NCBI RefSeq assembly: GCF_039654945.1
Contig: NW_027361728.1
Location: 10,974,001-11,038,000, forward strand
DNA length: 64,000 nucleotides
Direction of reading: 5' to 3'
Source of the DNA: Dendrobates tinctorius
Lineage: Eukaryota
Numbering within the stretch: the first letter of the stretch is position 1; every line of letters starts with the position of its first letter. The position numbers were made by a program, and so were the translations under genes. Below, piece by piece: positions 24,778 through 36,824 of this stretch. The notes under the pieces are model-generated. The model was not told where the DNA came from. It searched no databases and saw only the letters and a list, made by a program, of their open reading frames with translations.

Positions 24778-25015
24778 ATGTTAGTATTATTCAGTTTCAA
24801 TGTGGTGGTAATATGCGTTCTGGTCATGGGGTGGAGGTATTTATCCCTTGTACAGCATGTGGTATTATTCGGTCACAATGTGGTGGTACTATGCTGTCTG
24901 GTCATGGTGTAGTGATATTCATCCCTTGTATGTGACATCATTCAGTCACTAAGTAGCGGTAATATGTGGTCCGGTCATAATATGGTGGTATTTCTCCCTT
25001 GTATGTGGTATTATG
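24778..25015 (+). repeat. ~73-bp tandem repeat, about 3 copies
   Basis: TGTGGTATTATTCAGTCAC..TGGTCATGG..TCCCTTGTA units. Confidence 0.75.
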
Positions 25016-26066
25016 GATCTTGGTATACTGGATTGTGTTGTGCATGGATATAACTTCTTCTCTCGGACTTTACAGATTAAATACTTGAAAGTCCTGTGAC
25101 ATACTATTACACAGTTGGCACCTTTCCACGGAATAAGTGATAATTTATTGATTGGTGAGTGTTTCACTGCTGGTGCTCTCACTAAGCAATAGGATTGGAA
25201 ACTATTATCCCCATTAGAATGTAGCATAATATTTGACCAACACTCCATTCGTTTCCTATGTGTCTGTCAAGTGCTGCACTCAGCTTTTTATGGTAGCTAC
25301 ATAGACGATCACCTGCCATTTAATGTCATATTGAAGATAAAAGTTCCCCATTCTTCCAATAAGTGTGGGGCCCAGCAGTCAGACCCCCACCAATCAATAA
25401 ATTATCGCTTATCCTGTGAATAAATTCTCCACCTGGTTTCTGCACTCTTTCCTGACATTCCCATAGTCATTGTCATGTCCCATGATTTAGGATCATACAG
25501 ACAGTACTGCATTTAATCATATTGTTGTTTTTCATTGCTGTGTATAGATCTGTTCCTTTTAGAGGTTGTCTCCTCCCCCTCGCATGTGACTCTCATTTCT
25601 GTAACCCCTACCTTCTTCTCCATCTTTGAGTCTTTCTTCATCTTGGAGACACACATTTATACAGCTCTGTACAAGGAAAGTCTTTTTACCTACTGTAACT
25701 GTGCATTATGCAAGGATTCAGCTGAGAATAAACCTTCTACTGGACCTTCAAACGTGCTCTTTTCAGTCGAGTTTAAGCTATCTGCGGACATCACTAAATG
25801 TGAGTAATGGCAAAAAGACGCCATGAGATGGCAGTCTGAGCGCCCAACATTTACAGTTTAGCCATTGAGGCAGAATAGTAAAAAGTTACTCCTGCAGTTA
25901 CATCTGTAAAGTCGTCTCCAGCTTCTACAAGTCAGAACAGGCATAAGAAGATCTGCTTACATCATATACTTCCCATCAGCCTGTGTGCAGCACAGCCCCT
26001 CCCCCAGTCTTCACTGCAGAGACTGTAGCAGCTCATATTACACAGATCTCATCTGCCCGTGAGTAA

Positions 26067-26488
26067 GGGCCCCGTTACATGTAACAATGTCCTAGCGATC
26101 CCACCAACGATCCGACATGGATGGGATCGCTGGGACATAGTTAGCTGATCGCTGATGACCTGTCACAGACAGACTCACCAGCGATCAGGATCAAAGAGTA
26201 AGCTGGTACCTAAGGTAAACAGCGGGTTTCTAAGAGCCGCATGGCTCTTAAAAACCCACTGTTTACCTTGGAAACCAGCTCCCAGTGTCGCTGATCGTTG
26301 GTCTCCCGCTGGCCAGCGGGAAAGCAAAGATCAAAAAATGGCCCCGGACGATCCTGCACTATTAGCTATACCCGGCAGGGGGCCCGGTCGCTGATGTGTG
26401 TCACACACAGCGAGATCGCTGACGAGATCACTGTGGCATCACAAAATCAGCGATCTTGCTAGCGATATTGCTGTGTGTGATGGGGCCT
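26067..26488. mobile_element. PIF/Harbinger-type MITE in the BEL leader
   Basis: TAA-GGGCCCCGTTACA ... TGTGATGGGGCCT-TTA with AGCGAT subterminal repeats. Same family as 43959-44364. Confidence 0.75.
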
Positions 26489-26493
26489 TTACA

Positions 26494-29400
26494 ATGGCGG
26501 AAGGAAAGCCTGCAATATCTTTATTTGAGGACTCGGCCACTAACAGACCCAGGCGCTCTGCTAAGCCGTCACTGAAAGCTATAGAGAACCTTGAAGTCAT
26601 TAAACATGAACTTTCTTGTAATATATCCATCTTATGGCAAAGACTGCAGAGTAACATTAACAGCATCTCCCAGTATGCCTTTCACGAGTTACCACCAGAT
26701 GGAGCCCTTGAACAATTGTGCTCTGCATACCAGGCTTACAAAGACACTTGCAGAAAATACATCTCAACTCTACTGAAATTAAATACACCAGAGTCGCTAA
26801 AGGAATGTCAGGTCTTCCAACAACTCAATGCTGAACGAGATAGCACCGTGCGCGACATTGTGAACAAAACAGAAGCAAAAATCCCACAAATGTCAGAAGT
26901 GACATTGCACAGATCCAGGTCTGCTAGGAGCTCAAAGCACTCAATCAAGTCAAGCTCATCAAGGTACTCAACCCTCATTGAGCAGCTCATAAGAGCGCGT
27001 GCCGAAGCAGAATCTACGAAAGTGCAAGCCATTTTCGCCCAAAAGAAAGCAGAGAAGGAAACGGTATCTGCATGCAAGAAAGCAGAGATGGAAGCTGAAT
27101 CTGCACTCAAGAAAGCAGAGATGGAAATGGAATCCGCATGCAAGAAAGCAGAGAAGGAAGCAGAGATTGCACGCAAGGAAGCAGACATGGAAGCCGAATC
27201 TGCACACGAGAAGGCGGAAATAGAAGTCCTGCAAAAGGAATATGAACATGCAGCAGCCATGGCAAAGCTAAAGGTCTTCGAGCAGGCTCTAGGTGGGAGC
27301 CAAGGAGGCAGCCTCAATTCGTACGAACTTGACACGGAAGACCCACTTAAGCGCACAAGAAATTATGTGCTGAGCCAAATCAACGAAGCCCTGACCACCA
27401 ACAACATTCCCGTCAGCACCGACCTCTGTCTAGAGCATCAGGACGTTGATCCGCCTGCAGCTTCCAGCTTTCAAGGTCAGTCCACTGGACCACAAACAAT
27501 CAAACCCGAACCTTCTTCATGTGTCAATACACGGCTTGACCCTACACCTCAGCAAATGCCATAAGCCAAGGTCTACATGCAACCTAACATGCTGGCAAGG
27601 CACTGCGCTCCTGATAACTGTGTGGTTCCAGTCCTGCATACAACAGAGATCATATGCCACAAGCCGGATGCTGGTCTAAACGCCTACGCCACTCCGTATC
27701 TTCCCATGTTCTTGAACCAAGAAGCTAAGACCCACGCTAACAGCATCACTCAGCCAGCAAATGTTTCTCCAAATTCAGAAAGAACAGACATGGCTGATTT
27801 TGCGAGGTACATGATACGCCGAGAACTCACCAACACCGGTCTCACAAGGTTAGACGACCAGCCTGAGAATTACATAGGTTGGAAATGTACCTTTAAAGCT
27901 GCAATTATTTACCTTGGCATCACTGCTGCTGAAGAGCTGGATCTGCTAATCAGGTGGCTTGGACCTCAATCCACTGAGCGGGTCAAGAGGCTCAGATCCG
28001 TCCACATCAGTAATCCAACAGCTTGTCTCATGGCTGCATGGGAAAGACTAGAACGTAGCTTTGGCAGTCCTGAAGTCGTAGAGAATGCACTGTTTAAGCG
28101 TCTACAGGATTTCCCCAAAATATCTGGCAAGGACAGTTCAAAATTCCTAGAGCTCAGTGACCTGCTCCTAGAGCTCCAGTTAGCCAAGGCAGACACGCAC
28201 CTATCTGGGGTTCAGCTAAGTGGATACAGCTCGGGGCATTAACTCAATAGTTTCTAAGCTGCCATACAATATACAAGAGAAGTGGGCCACTATTGGGTCA
28301 AAATACAAAAGAGCCAATCAAGTCTCCTTTCCTCCATTTTCATTCTTCTGTGAATTTATCAAGGATATTGCAGACCATAAGACTGACCCAAGCTTTTCCT
28401 ATGTAGAAACCAGCGGACCCGGTCCAACCCTTCCTATGTATGAGGGCCCACATAGTAACCTGAAAAGCCAAGGAGGCCCAGTCTCAGCGAAACCGACCGA
28501 CATCCTTTCCACACCTACATCAGCTCCAGACAATAGCAACACGGGGACAAGGTCAAAGATCCTAATCGTCTGTGTCCCTTTCATTAGAAGCCACATCCCC
28601 TAAAGAAGTGCATTTGCTTCAGAAAGAAGCTGCTCCAGGAGAGCAAGGAACTTCTAAGGACATTTGGTGTATGTTACAGATGTTGTGCTTCTACTGAACA
28701 TTTTGTTAAGGACTGTAAAATTCTTATTACGTGTTTAGAGTGCGACAGTGAGGACCATGTGCAAGCACTCCATCCATCCCAACCTACCTCTGCACAGCTC
28801 ACACCTTCCGTACCCCCCACAAACTATGGCGTTGAGGAAACAGAACAAGCAAGTCCTACCAAGGTACCATCTTTATGCACAGAAGTTTGCGGAAAAGACC
28901 TCTGGGACAAGTCAGGCGCAAAGATATGCCTGGTGAACGTATATCCTAAGGGTCAGCCCGAAAAGAGCACAAGGGTGTATGCCATCCTGGACGATCAAAG
29001 CAACCGATCACTTGCAAGGTCAGAGTTCTTTGATTTGTTTGATTTAAAGGGAAATGCTTACCCCTACACCTTTCGTACTTTCAGTGGTGTTACAGAGGTC
29101 TCTGGGAGAAGAGCCAATGGACTTATAGTACCTTCACTTGAGAATAACGTAGCAATATCTTTGCCCACACTCGTCAAGTGCAACCAGATACCATCCAATA
29201 GAGAGGAGATTCCAACACCAGAGGCTGCTCTTCACCACCCTCATCTAATGACGGTAGCCAACAAGATACCAGCTCTTGACAACAGTGCAGATATCCTGAT
29301 CCTGCTCGGTAGAGACATTCTCCGACTGCACAAGGTACGTCAGCAGATCAATGGACCGCATGATGCTCCATTTGCCCAACGCTTTGATCTAGGCTGGGTT

Positions 29401-30810
29401 ATCATAGGCAACGTCTGTATAGATAAGATGAAGGGGCCTACAAAGATTTACTTATGTAAAACTCGTCTTGCCAAATATTCGCAGTACATACTGTCAACCA
29501 TGCCCACATCACTACTGGGCAAAAGAAACACTGAGTGACTGTAAGCAGCAACGAGAAACCCATGACAACATGAACATGCTCTTGTCCTGCGATGACAACC
29601 TCGGGTCAACGGTGTTTGATTCTACAAATGAAGATAACAAATTGGCACCAGCAAGAGAGGACAAAGAATTCATCAAGGTCATGGACAAGGTATCCACCCA
29701 GGATGGCTCCAACAACTGGACAGCACCCTTACCCTTTTGTTTTCCAAGGACAAGGTTGCCAAACAATCTGCAGCAAGCAACAGCAAGACTCACATCTTTA
29801 AAACGCACTTCAAAGAAGAAACCAGAGAAGGAAAAACATTTCATCGACTTTATACAGACTATCTTTGATAGAGATCATGCAGAGCCTGCTTCACAACTAA
29901 AGGAAGGGGAAGAATGGTGGTACTTTCCATCCTTTGGCATCTACCATCCTCGCAAACCCAATCAAATCAGAGTGGTGTTTGACTCCAGTGCTCAATATGA
30001 AGGTATCTCTCTCAATAACCTGCTCCTCACCAGACCCAGCCTGGACAACAGTCTCATAGGAGTACTGTTTCGCTTCTGGCAAGAACCCATTGCAGTAATG
30101 GTCGACATCCAAAAAATGTTTCACCATTTCATCATGAGGGAAGACAGTAGAAACTGCCTCAGGTTCCTATGGCACAAGGACACTGACATCCACAACGAGG
30201 TGATATTTTATCCCACGAAGGTACACATCTTTTGCAACAGTCCCTCGCCTGCTGTGGCAATCTCTGGACCAAGACGGACAACCCAACAAGGTGAGAGAGA
30301 ATATGGATCGGAAACCTGTCCATTTGTGGAAAAGAACTTCTACGTTAATGACAGACTTAGATCTTTGCCCAGAAGTGAAGAAGCAATTGATCTGCAGTCC
30401 AGAAAACAGGAAATGCTGTCTGCAGCAAACCTCAGACTGCACATTATCTCCAAGAATCAGGAGGTAATGAAAGCATTCCCATCCGAAGACCATGCAACAA
30501 GCCTGAAGGACCCTGATCTGGGTTCCGATGTTTTTCCCATGCAACGTAGTCTTGGTCTGTTGTGGGACATTAAACAGGACATGTTCACATTCCAGGTATC
30601 GACTCGCAATAAGCCTTTCACCAAACGAAGAGTCTTATCCGTGGTCAACAGCATTTACGATCCCCTTGGATTGATAGCACCCATCTCTATCCAAGGCAAG
30701 ATACTGTTGAGACAGTTAACCGCCGAGAACACAGAATGGGACACTCCGCTACCATCCCAGAAACAAGGCTGGGAAACATGGAAGAAATATGTAAAGAACT
30801 TGAACTTTCA
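26494..30810 (+). pseudogene. BEL/Pao gag-pol polyprotein, disrupted
   Basis: Gag coiled coil, Cys-His knuckles ~28570-28760, protease ILDDQS and ILLGRD, RT IRVVFDSS, VDIQKMF, FYVND, and RVLSVVNSIYDPLG. Confidence 0.92.
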
Positions 30811-31158
30811 TCTTTGGATTGTTTGGGTTGGTGGAAGTGTTGGCATGTTGCGGCTTCCCCAATCTGAAGATAGGTTCTCCTATAGATTTGGACTATCCAT
30901 CCGTTGAGGACTTCACGTCATCAACCAAGAATTGGACTTACAAATGTTACAGTCTATTTTTGCATGTTGTGTTTCCTTTTTGTCTTACAGGTTTCTAGGA
31001 CATCATTGATCATCATCATAACATGTCATGTCAAGTTGAATCATCATAAAATCTAAAGATTTCAGATGGGGAGTGTCATATCCCATGATTTAGGATCATG
31101 CAGACAGTACTGAATTTAATCATATTGTTGTTTTTCATTGCTGTGTATAGAACTGTTC

Positions 31159-33307
31159 TGTTATGAATGGGTCACCAAGAAGGATAACAGGCCCAGGCCA
31201 AGCCACAGAAAACCAGAGAGGTTGGCAACCAAGCGGATTGCAGACCCCTGATCCTATCCACACAACTAGCAGCAGCCGTGGAGCGCACCCACGATGATCC
31301 TAGACGCCTCGGCACAGCCGGAGAGCTAACTAAGCCTAAAGCAAGAAAGGGGAAATCTAAACTTCCCCAGAGCAGACCACAAAGGAATAGATAGCCCCCA
31401 ACCAAATATTGTCGGTGAGACAAGATGAAAACACAAACGCAGGTAGGAAAATAGACTGAGCAAATGATGGGGCCCACACTGACTAGACAGGACAGGAAAG
31501 GAAAGACATTGTCTGCAATCACGCAAAAAACGCTGCAAAAAGTCCAACATGTCTGATGCACAAAAAACACTGAAGTCGCATGACTTCGCCCCCACTATAT
31601 CAGCACTCTGGTATATTCTGAAAGCAAAGCAATAAGAGGCCAATATACCTCTTGTGTAGTTTTATGTTCACGTAAACACCGATCAATTTGAATGGCCAAT
31701 GACAGAGTCGTCAAGACCAGAGGGAAAAGGAAATCCCACCATAACATCTTTTACGGTTTCTGCCAAACCCTTCCGAAAGAGAGCTGGTAGGGCATCGTCA
31801 TTCCATTTAGTAAGGACCGCCCTCTTTTGGAATTTTTGACAATATAACTCTGCAGAATCCTGACCCTGGTTCAATGCCAATAAAGTTTTCTCAGCTTGAT
31901 CAATAGCATTAGGTTCATCATACAACAACCCCAAGGCTTGAAAAAATGCATCCACATTAGCCAGAATATGATCTCCGGGTGTCAAAGAAAAGGCCCAATC
32001 CTGGGGATCGCCGCGTAGCAGAGAGATGACAATTTTAACTTGCGGTACAGAGCTCCCCGATGAGTTAGGTTTCAAAGCAAAAAATAATTTACAATTATTC
32101 TTAAAATTCAAAAATTTAGACCAATCCCCAGAAAACACATCAGGAGTAGAAATTTTTGGTTCAGCAGCAGATGATTGAGCGAGATAGGCAGAAATACCCC
32201 GCACCAACAGTGAGCTGCTCAACACAATCAGACAATTGCTTAGTCTCCATTTAGACAAAAATTATCCTCCTACAGGCCCAGAAAGAAAAAAAGAGGAAAA
32301 AATATATGGAAAAAAAATTCTGACACTTTTTTTTTTTAAATTCTTCCCTTCTTTAGAGTACCCTAGAGTCTACAGTTAGGCTGGTGATTCTGTTATGAAT
32401 GGGTCACCGAGGAGGATAGCAGGCCCAGGCTAAGCCACAGAAAACCAGAGAGGTTGGTAACTAAGCGGATGCAGACCCCTGATCCTGTCCACACAACTAG
32501 CAGTAGCCGTGGAGCGTATGTGCGATGATCCTAGACGCCTCTACACAGCTGGAGAGCTAACTAAGTCTAAAGCAAAAAGGGGAAATCTAAACTGCCCCTG
32601 AGCAGACCCCAAAAGGAATAGATAGCCCCCAAACATATATTGTCGGTGAGACAAGATGAAAGCACAAACGCAGGCAGAAAAATAGACTGAGCAAACGATG
32701 TGGCTCACACTGACTAGACAGGATAGAAAAGGAAAGACACTGTCTGCAATCACGCAAAAAAACCTGCAAAAAAGTCCAACACGTCTGATGCACAAAAACA
32801 CTGAAGTCTCACGACTTCGCCATCACCAATCAGCACTCTGGTATATTCTGAAAGCAAAGCAAAAAGACCAATATAAAAGGGGACAAAAACTGGCACAAGC
32901 AGTAACATATAGGCGGTGATTCAGCACAGCCGCAGCCGGAGCTGGCTGACCCGCACAAAGCAGAGATAGACAAAACCAGATCAAATGCAAACAGAAAAGC
33001 AAATGAATCACTTAGCTGAACCATGCAGGGACAGAGCAGGAGACATCAGACCTCTGAAGGCACAGGAAGAAAATCACCAGCAGGGATAGAGTGAGTCGGC
33101 TGTCTTAAATCCCAATCTGAAATCCCAGATCTCCAATCGTCATCCTCATTATCAGGTGGCAGGTCTCTGTCAATCAGATCAGCTCCACTACCTCCAGTAA
33201 CCACCAGAGGGAGCCCATAAAAAGAACTTGCAACCCCTCTATCAATCTGACCAGCTCCACTACCTTCAGTAATAACCAGAGAGAGGCTAGAAAGAGAATT
33301 CACAACA
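31159..33307 (-). mobile_element. Sushi/chromovirus-like Gypsy nested in the BEL 3' LTR, pol deleted
   Basis: Full LTR 32391-33307 (TGTT..AACA) and partial LTR 31159-~31645. CTGTTC is duplicated at 31153-31158 and 33308-33313 but single in the BEL 5' LTR. Confidence 0.92.
31650..32258 (-). pseudogene. Sushi-type gag (PEG10/RTL1-like capsid domain), truncated
   Basis: EPKISTPDVFSGD, ISLLRGDPQDWA, LNQGQDSAELY, WNDDAL..FRKGL. Confidence 0.88.
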
Positions 33308-33959
33308 CTGTTCCTTTTAGAGGTTGTCTCCTTCCCCCTCGCATGTGACTCATTTCTGTAACCCCTCCCTTCTTCTCCATCTTTGAGTCTTTCTCCATCT
33401 TGGAGACACACGTTTATACAGCTCTGTACAAGGAAAGTCTCTTTTTACCTACTGTAACTGTGCATTATGCAAGGATTCAGCTGAGAATAAACCCTCTACT
33501 GGACTCTTCAAACGTGCGCTTTTCAGTCGAGTTTAAGCTATCTGAGGACATCACTAAACGTGAGTAATGGTAAACAGACACCATGGGATGGCAGTCTGAG
33601 TGCCCAACATTTACAGTTTAGCCATTGAGGCAGAATAGTCATCATGGGTGATTTAAGGCACCCATCTATACTCATCTATCAGCCTCCTCACTTTTGCCAG
33701 TGGCAGCTTCAGTGACGTCAGTGCAGGCTCCTAGGCTAACCCGCAGTGAACTCTTGAATGTGGGAAAATGACAATTCATTTTCCCACCCTGATGAGTACA
33801 TCGCAGGTCAGGCTGTGAGTCTGTGCAGGATCAGTGACGTCACCCCTAATCACTGATGTGAGTACATGTGTGTGTGTGTATAGGTGAGTATGTGTGTGTA
33901 TATATGTGAGTACGTGTGTGTGTATATGAGTACGTGTGTGTATGTACATGTGTGTGTGA

Positions 33960-34456
33960 TACCCCCCTCGTTACACCCCCCTCACCCTGCGGGTCCGGCG
34001 GCGTGGCCAGTAGCGGCGAGTCCAGCGGCGGGGTCCTGGCGGCGGCGGGAAGCCAGCCGGAAAGACCGCAGCTTGCGGCCTGTGCTGGAGATGGGGTGCG
34101 TCTCCACCAGAGGGCGCCCGCACCCCATCTCCAGCACAGGCCGCAAGGTCTTTCCTGCCGGCTGTATCTGCACAGAGGTGGGTGGGCAGGCAGCGGCGGC
34201 AGGTCCAGTAGCGACGGTGGCAGGTCCAGCAGTGGGGGGGTACGGCGGCGCCGGGGGGTTCCAGCAGTGTCCCGCTGGTGGTACTATCGAAGGGCCTGGT
34301 ACCACCAGTGGGTGCCATATTGGAATACCCATCATTTGGGTATTCCAATATGGCGGTCAGCGTACTTCCGGTGCGGCGCAGTGAATTGTGGGATTCAGGG
34401 ACATTTAGACGGAAGTGGATGACAGACAATTTAAGGCCATTATATATATATAGATA
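33960..34456 (-). mobile_element. CpG-rich hairpin-bearing element, probable non-autonomous Helitron 5' part
   Basis: The minus strand begins ATCTATATATATATAATGG like the Helitron at 35466. Three internal hairpins. No 3' CTAG end found. Confidence 0.5.
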
Positions 34457-35465
34457 TATATTATATATCTATATTGATATAAATATACAGTATAGATATA
34501 TATTATATATATATATATACAGTATATATTATATATTATATGAGTGTGTTTTTTTAAGAATATTTCGTTTTAAAACGATGTGAAAATGACAGAGAAGTGA
34601 TCTATGTAAAAGCTCATGTTAAAATTGCATTGCAGTCTGACAGCAATCGCACTGCATTCTGATGTAAATCGGATGATACCGTAGGTGTGAAATATCTGAT
34701 TGTACTCGCACAAAAAACGCATGACACTCGCATGATAATTGCATTACACTCCTCCGACTCTCCTGCATCAAAAACGGGTCGATTTTTAAATCGCTAGTGT
34801 GTCTCTGCACTTACTCTCCAAATTACGATGTACTCAAAGTTTCCGCTAGCTTGAGGTCCTGCAGATCATGTAATCACAGGTGCTTAAATGGAACCTGTCA
34901 CCATGAAAATGTGAGAAAAGTTTCATTTTAAGTCTTCAGTATTTTAAGGATTTTAATAATTTAAAACATTGCTATTTCTGGGCTTTTCGATCTAGTTGGC
35001 GGCCCTGTCAGTGACTGAGAACATTTATTGTATATGTGGCCTTACAGTGATGTCTATCAGTCACTGATAAAATTGCCTACTGGACCGAAAATCACTTTTC
35101 TCACAAAACTATATATCAGTCTCCTCCGCTCCCCCTGCTCTTATAACATCATGCCTGCAGATTGGAAGGTTCTCTATAAATGAGACACATATAATGTGGA
35201 GCTACCCAGAATGGAGTCAGTGTGTCTACACATGTGACCTATGGTCTTAGTCAATCTCTGTAATCACTAATCACAAAATATTGCAGAATTGAAGGGTATT
35301 ACAGGATCAAGTTTTTGCTTTCAATCTACTCACAATCAGTAAACAGCAGAAGATCAAATGCTCTAGTTCAGAGTTGGGGAGAGAGAGGGGGGACGCAAAG
35401 AAGAGAGAAATAAAATAGCAAAAAAGAAAGCATAGAGAAGAGACACCTCTACATGATGTGCAGAA

Positions 35466-35500
<35 letters not shown>

Positions 35501-35994
35501 GCCTTATCGTGTCTGTCTGTAACCGAAATCACGGGCCGCTGATTGGTCGCGACCGTCAGGCCCCCGCCAGGTCGCAACCAATCAGCGACAGGCGCAGCTG
35601 TTTGTAATGGTAAACTGCGCCTGCCGCTGATTGGTCGCGGCCGCAGGCCTTAATCTGTAAAAAAGAGAATTAAAATAAAAAAAGTTATTCTCACCTTCCG
35701 ACGGCCTCCTGTCTTCTTTCCACGCGCCCGGCCTCGCGTTCCCAGTAATGCTTTGCGGCTTAGACCGCTGATGATGTCACTCTCGCGAGAGCGAGAAAGA
35801 AGACCGACGTCATCAGCGGTCTAAGCCGCAAAGCATTACTGGGAACGCGAGGCCGGGAGCATGGAAAGAAGACAGGAGGCCGTCGGAAGGTGAGAATAAC
35901 TTTTTTTTATTTTTTAATATTTTTGTACAGGGCCGCGGCAGTGATTGGTCGCGGACAGAGGGCCGCGACGCTGATTGGTCGCGGCTACACGGAA

Positions 35995-36780
35995 AGGGGG
36001 GGTGAGGGGACCATGCATACCAGGATTGGGGGGTGAGGGGACCATGCATACCAGGATAGGGGGGTGAGGGGACCATGCATACCAGGATTGGGGGGTGAAG
36101 GGACCATGCATACCAGGATTGGGGGATGAGGGGACCATGCATACCAGGATTGTGGGGTGAGGGGACCATGCATACCAGGATAGGGGGTTGAGGGGACCAT
36201 GCATACCAGGATTGGGGGGTGAGGGGACCATGCATACCAAGAAAGGGGGGTGAGGGGACCATGCATACCAGGATAGGGGGGTGAGGTGACCATGCATACC
36301 AAAAAAGGGGGGTGAGGGGACCATGCATACCAGGATTGGGGGGTGAGGGGACCATGCATATCAGGAAAGGGGGGTGAGGGGACCATGCATACCAGGAAAG
36401 GGGGGTGAGGGGACCATATATACCAGGAAAGGGGGGTGATGGTGAGCATACATACCAGGATTGGGGGGTGCGAGGACCATGCATTCCAGGATTGGGGGGT
36501 GAGGGAACCATGCATACCCAGAAAGAGGAGTAAGAAGACCATGCATACCAGGAAAGAGAGGTGAGAGGACCATGCATACCAGGATTGGGGGGTGAGAGGA
36601 CCATGCATTCCAGGATTGGGGGGTCAGGGGACCATGCATACCAGGATAGGTGGTTGAGGGGTAAGCATGCATATCAGGATTGGGGGTGAGAGAACCATAC
36701 ATATCAGGATTGGGGGTGAGAGAACCATACATATCTGGATTGGGGGGTGCGAGAACCATACATATCTGGATTGGGGGGTG
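35995..36780 (+). repeat. 31-bp minisatellite (GGGGGGTGAGGGGACCATGCATACCAGGATT)n, ~25 copies
   Basis: Period 31 is directly visible. Confidence 0.95.
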
Positions 36781-36824
36781 CATTATTGCATTATTATTAA
36801 ATCTTCAAAAATAAACTGCATATA

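Larger units (their letters stand above)
25471..33637 (+). mobile_element. BEL/Pao LTR retrotransposon with both LTRs, integrase deleted
   Basis: 5' LTR 25471-25877. 3' LTR 31074-31158 plus 33308-33637. 5-bp TSD GTCAT at 25466-25470 and 33638-33642. PPT AGATGGGGAG precedes 31074. Confidence 0.95.

Noticed and set aside
31683-32258. PEG10/RTL1 host gene
   Set aside because: Lies between LTRs with a target duplication and is truncated, so it is retrotransposon gag.
33884-34429. Four overlapping GC-rich ORFs
   Set aside because: Stop-poor GC-rich palindromic DNA starting in a microsatellite, with no protein motif.
35813-36783. Overlapping repetitive ORFs (MHGPLTPQSWYAWSPHPP)
   Set aside because: Translation of the 31-bp minisatellite.
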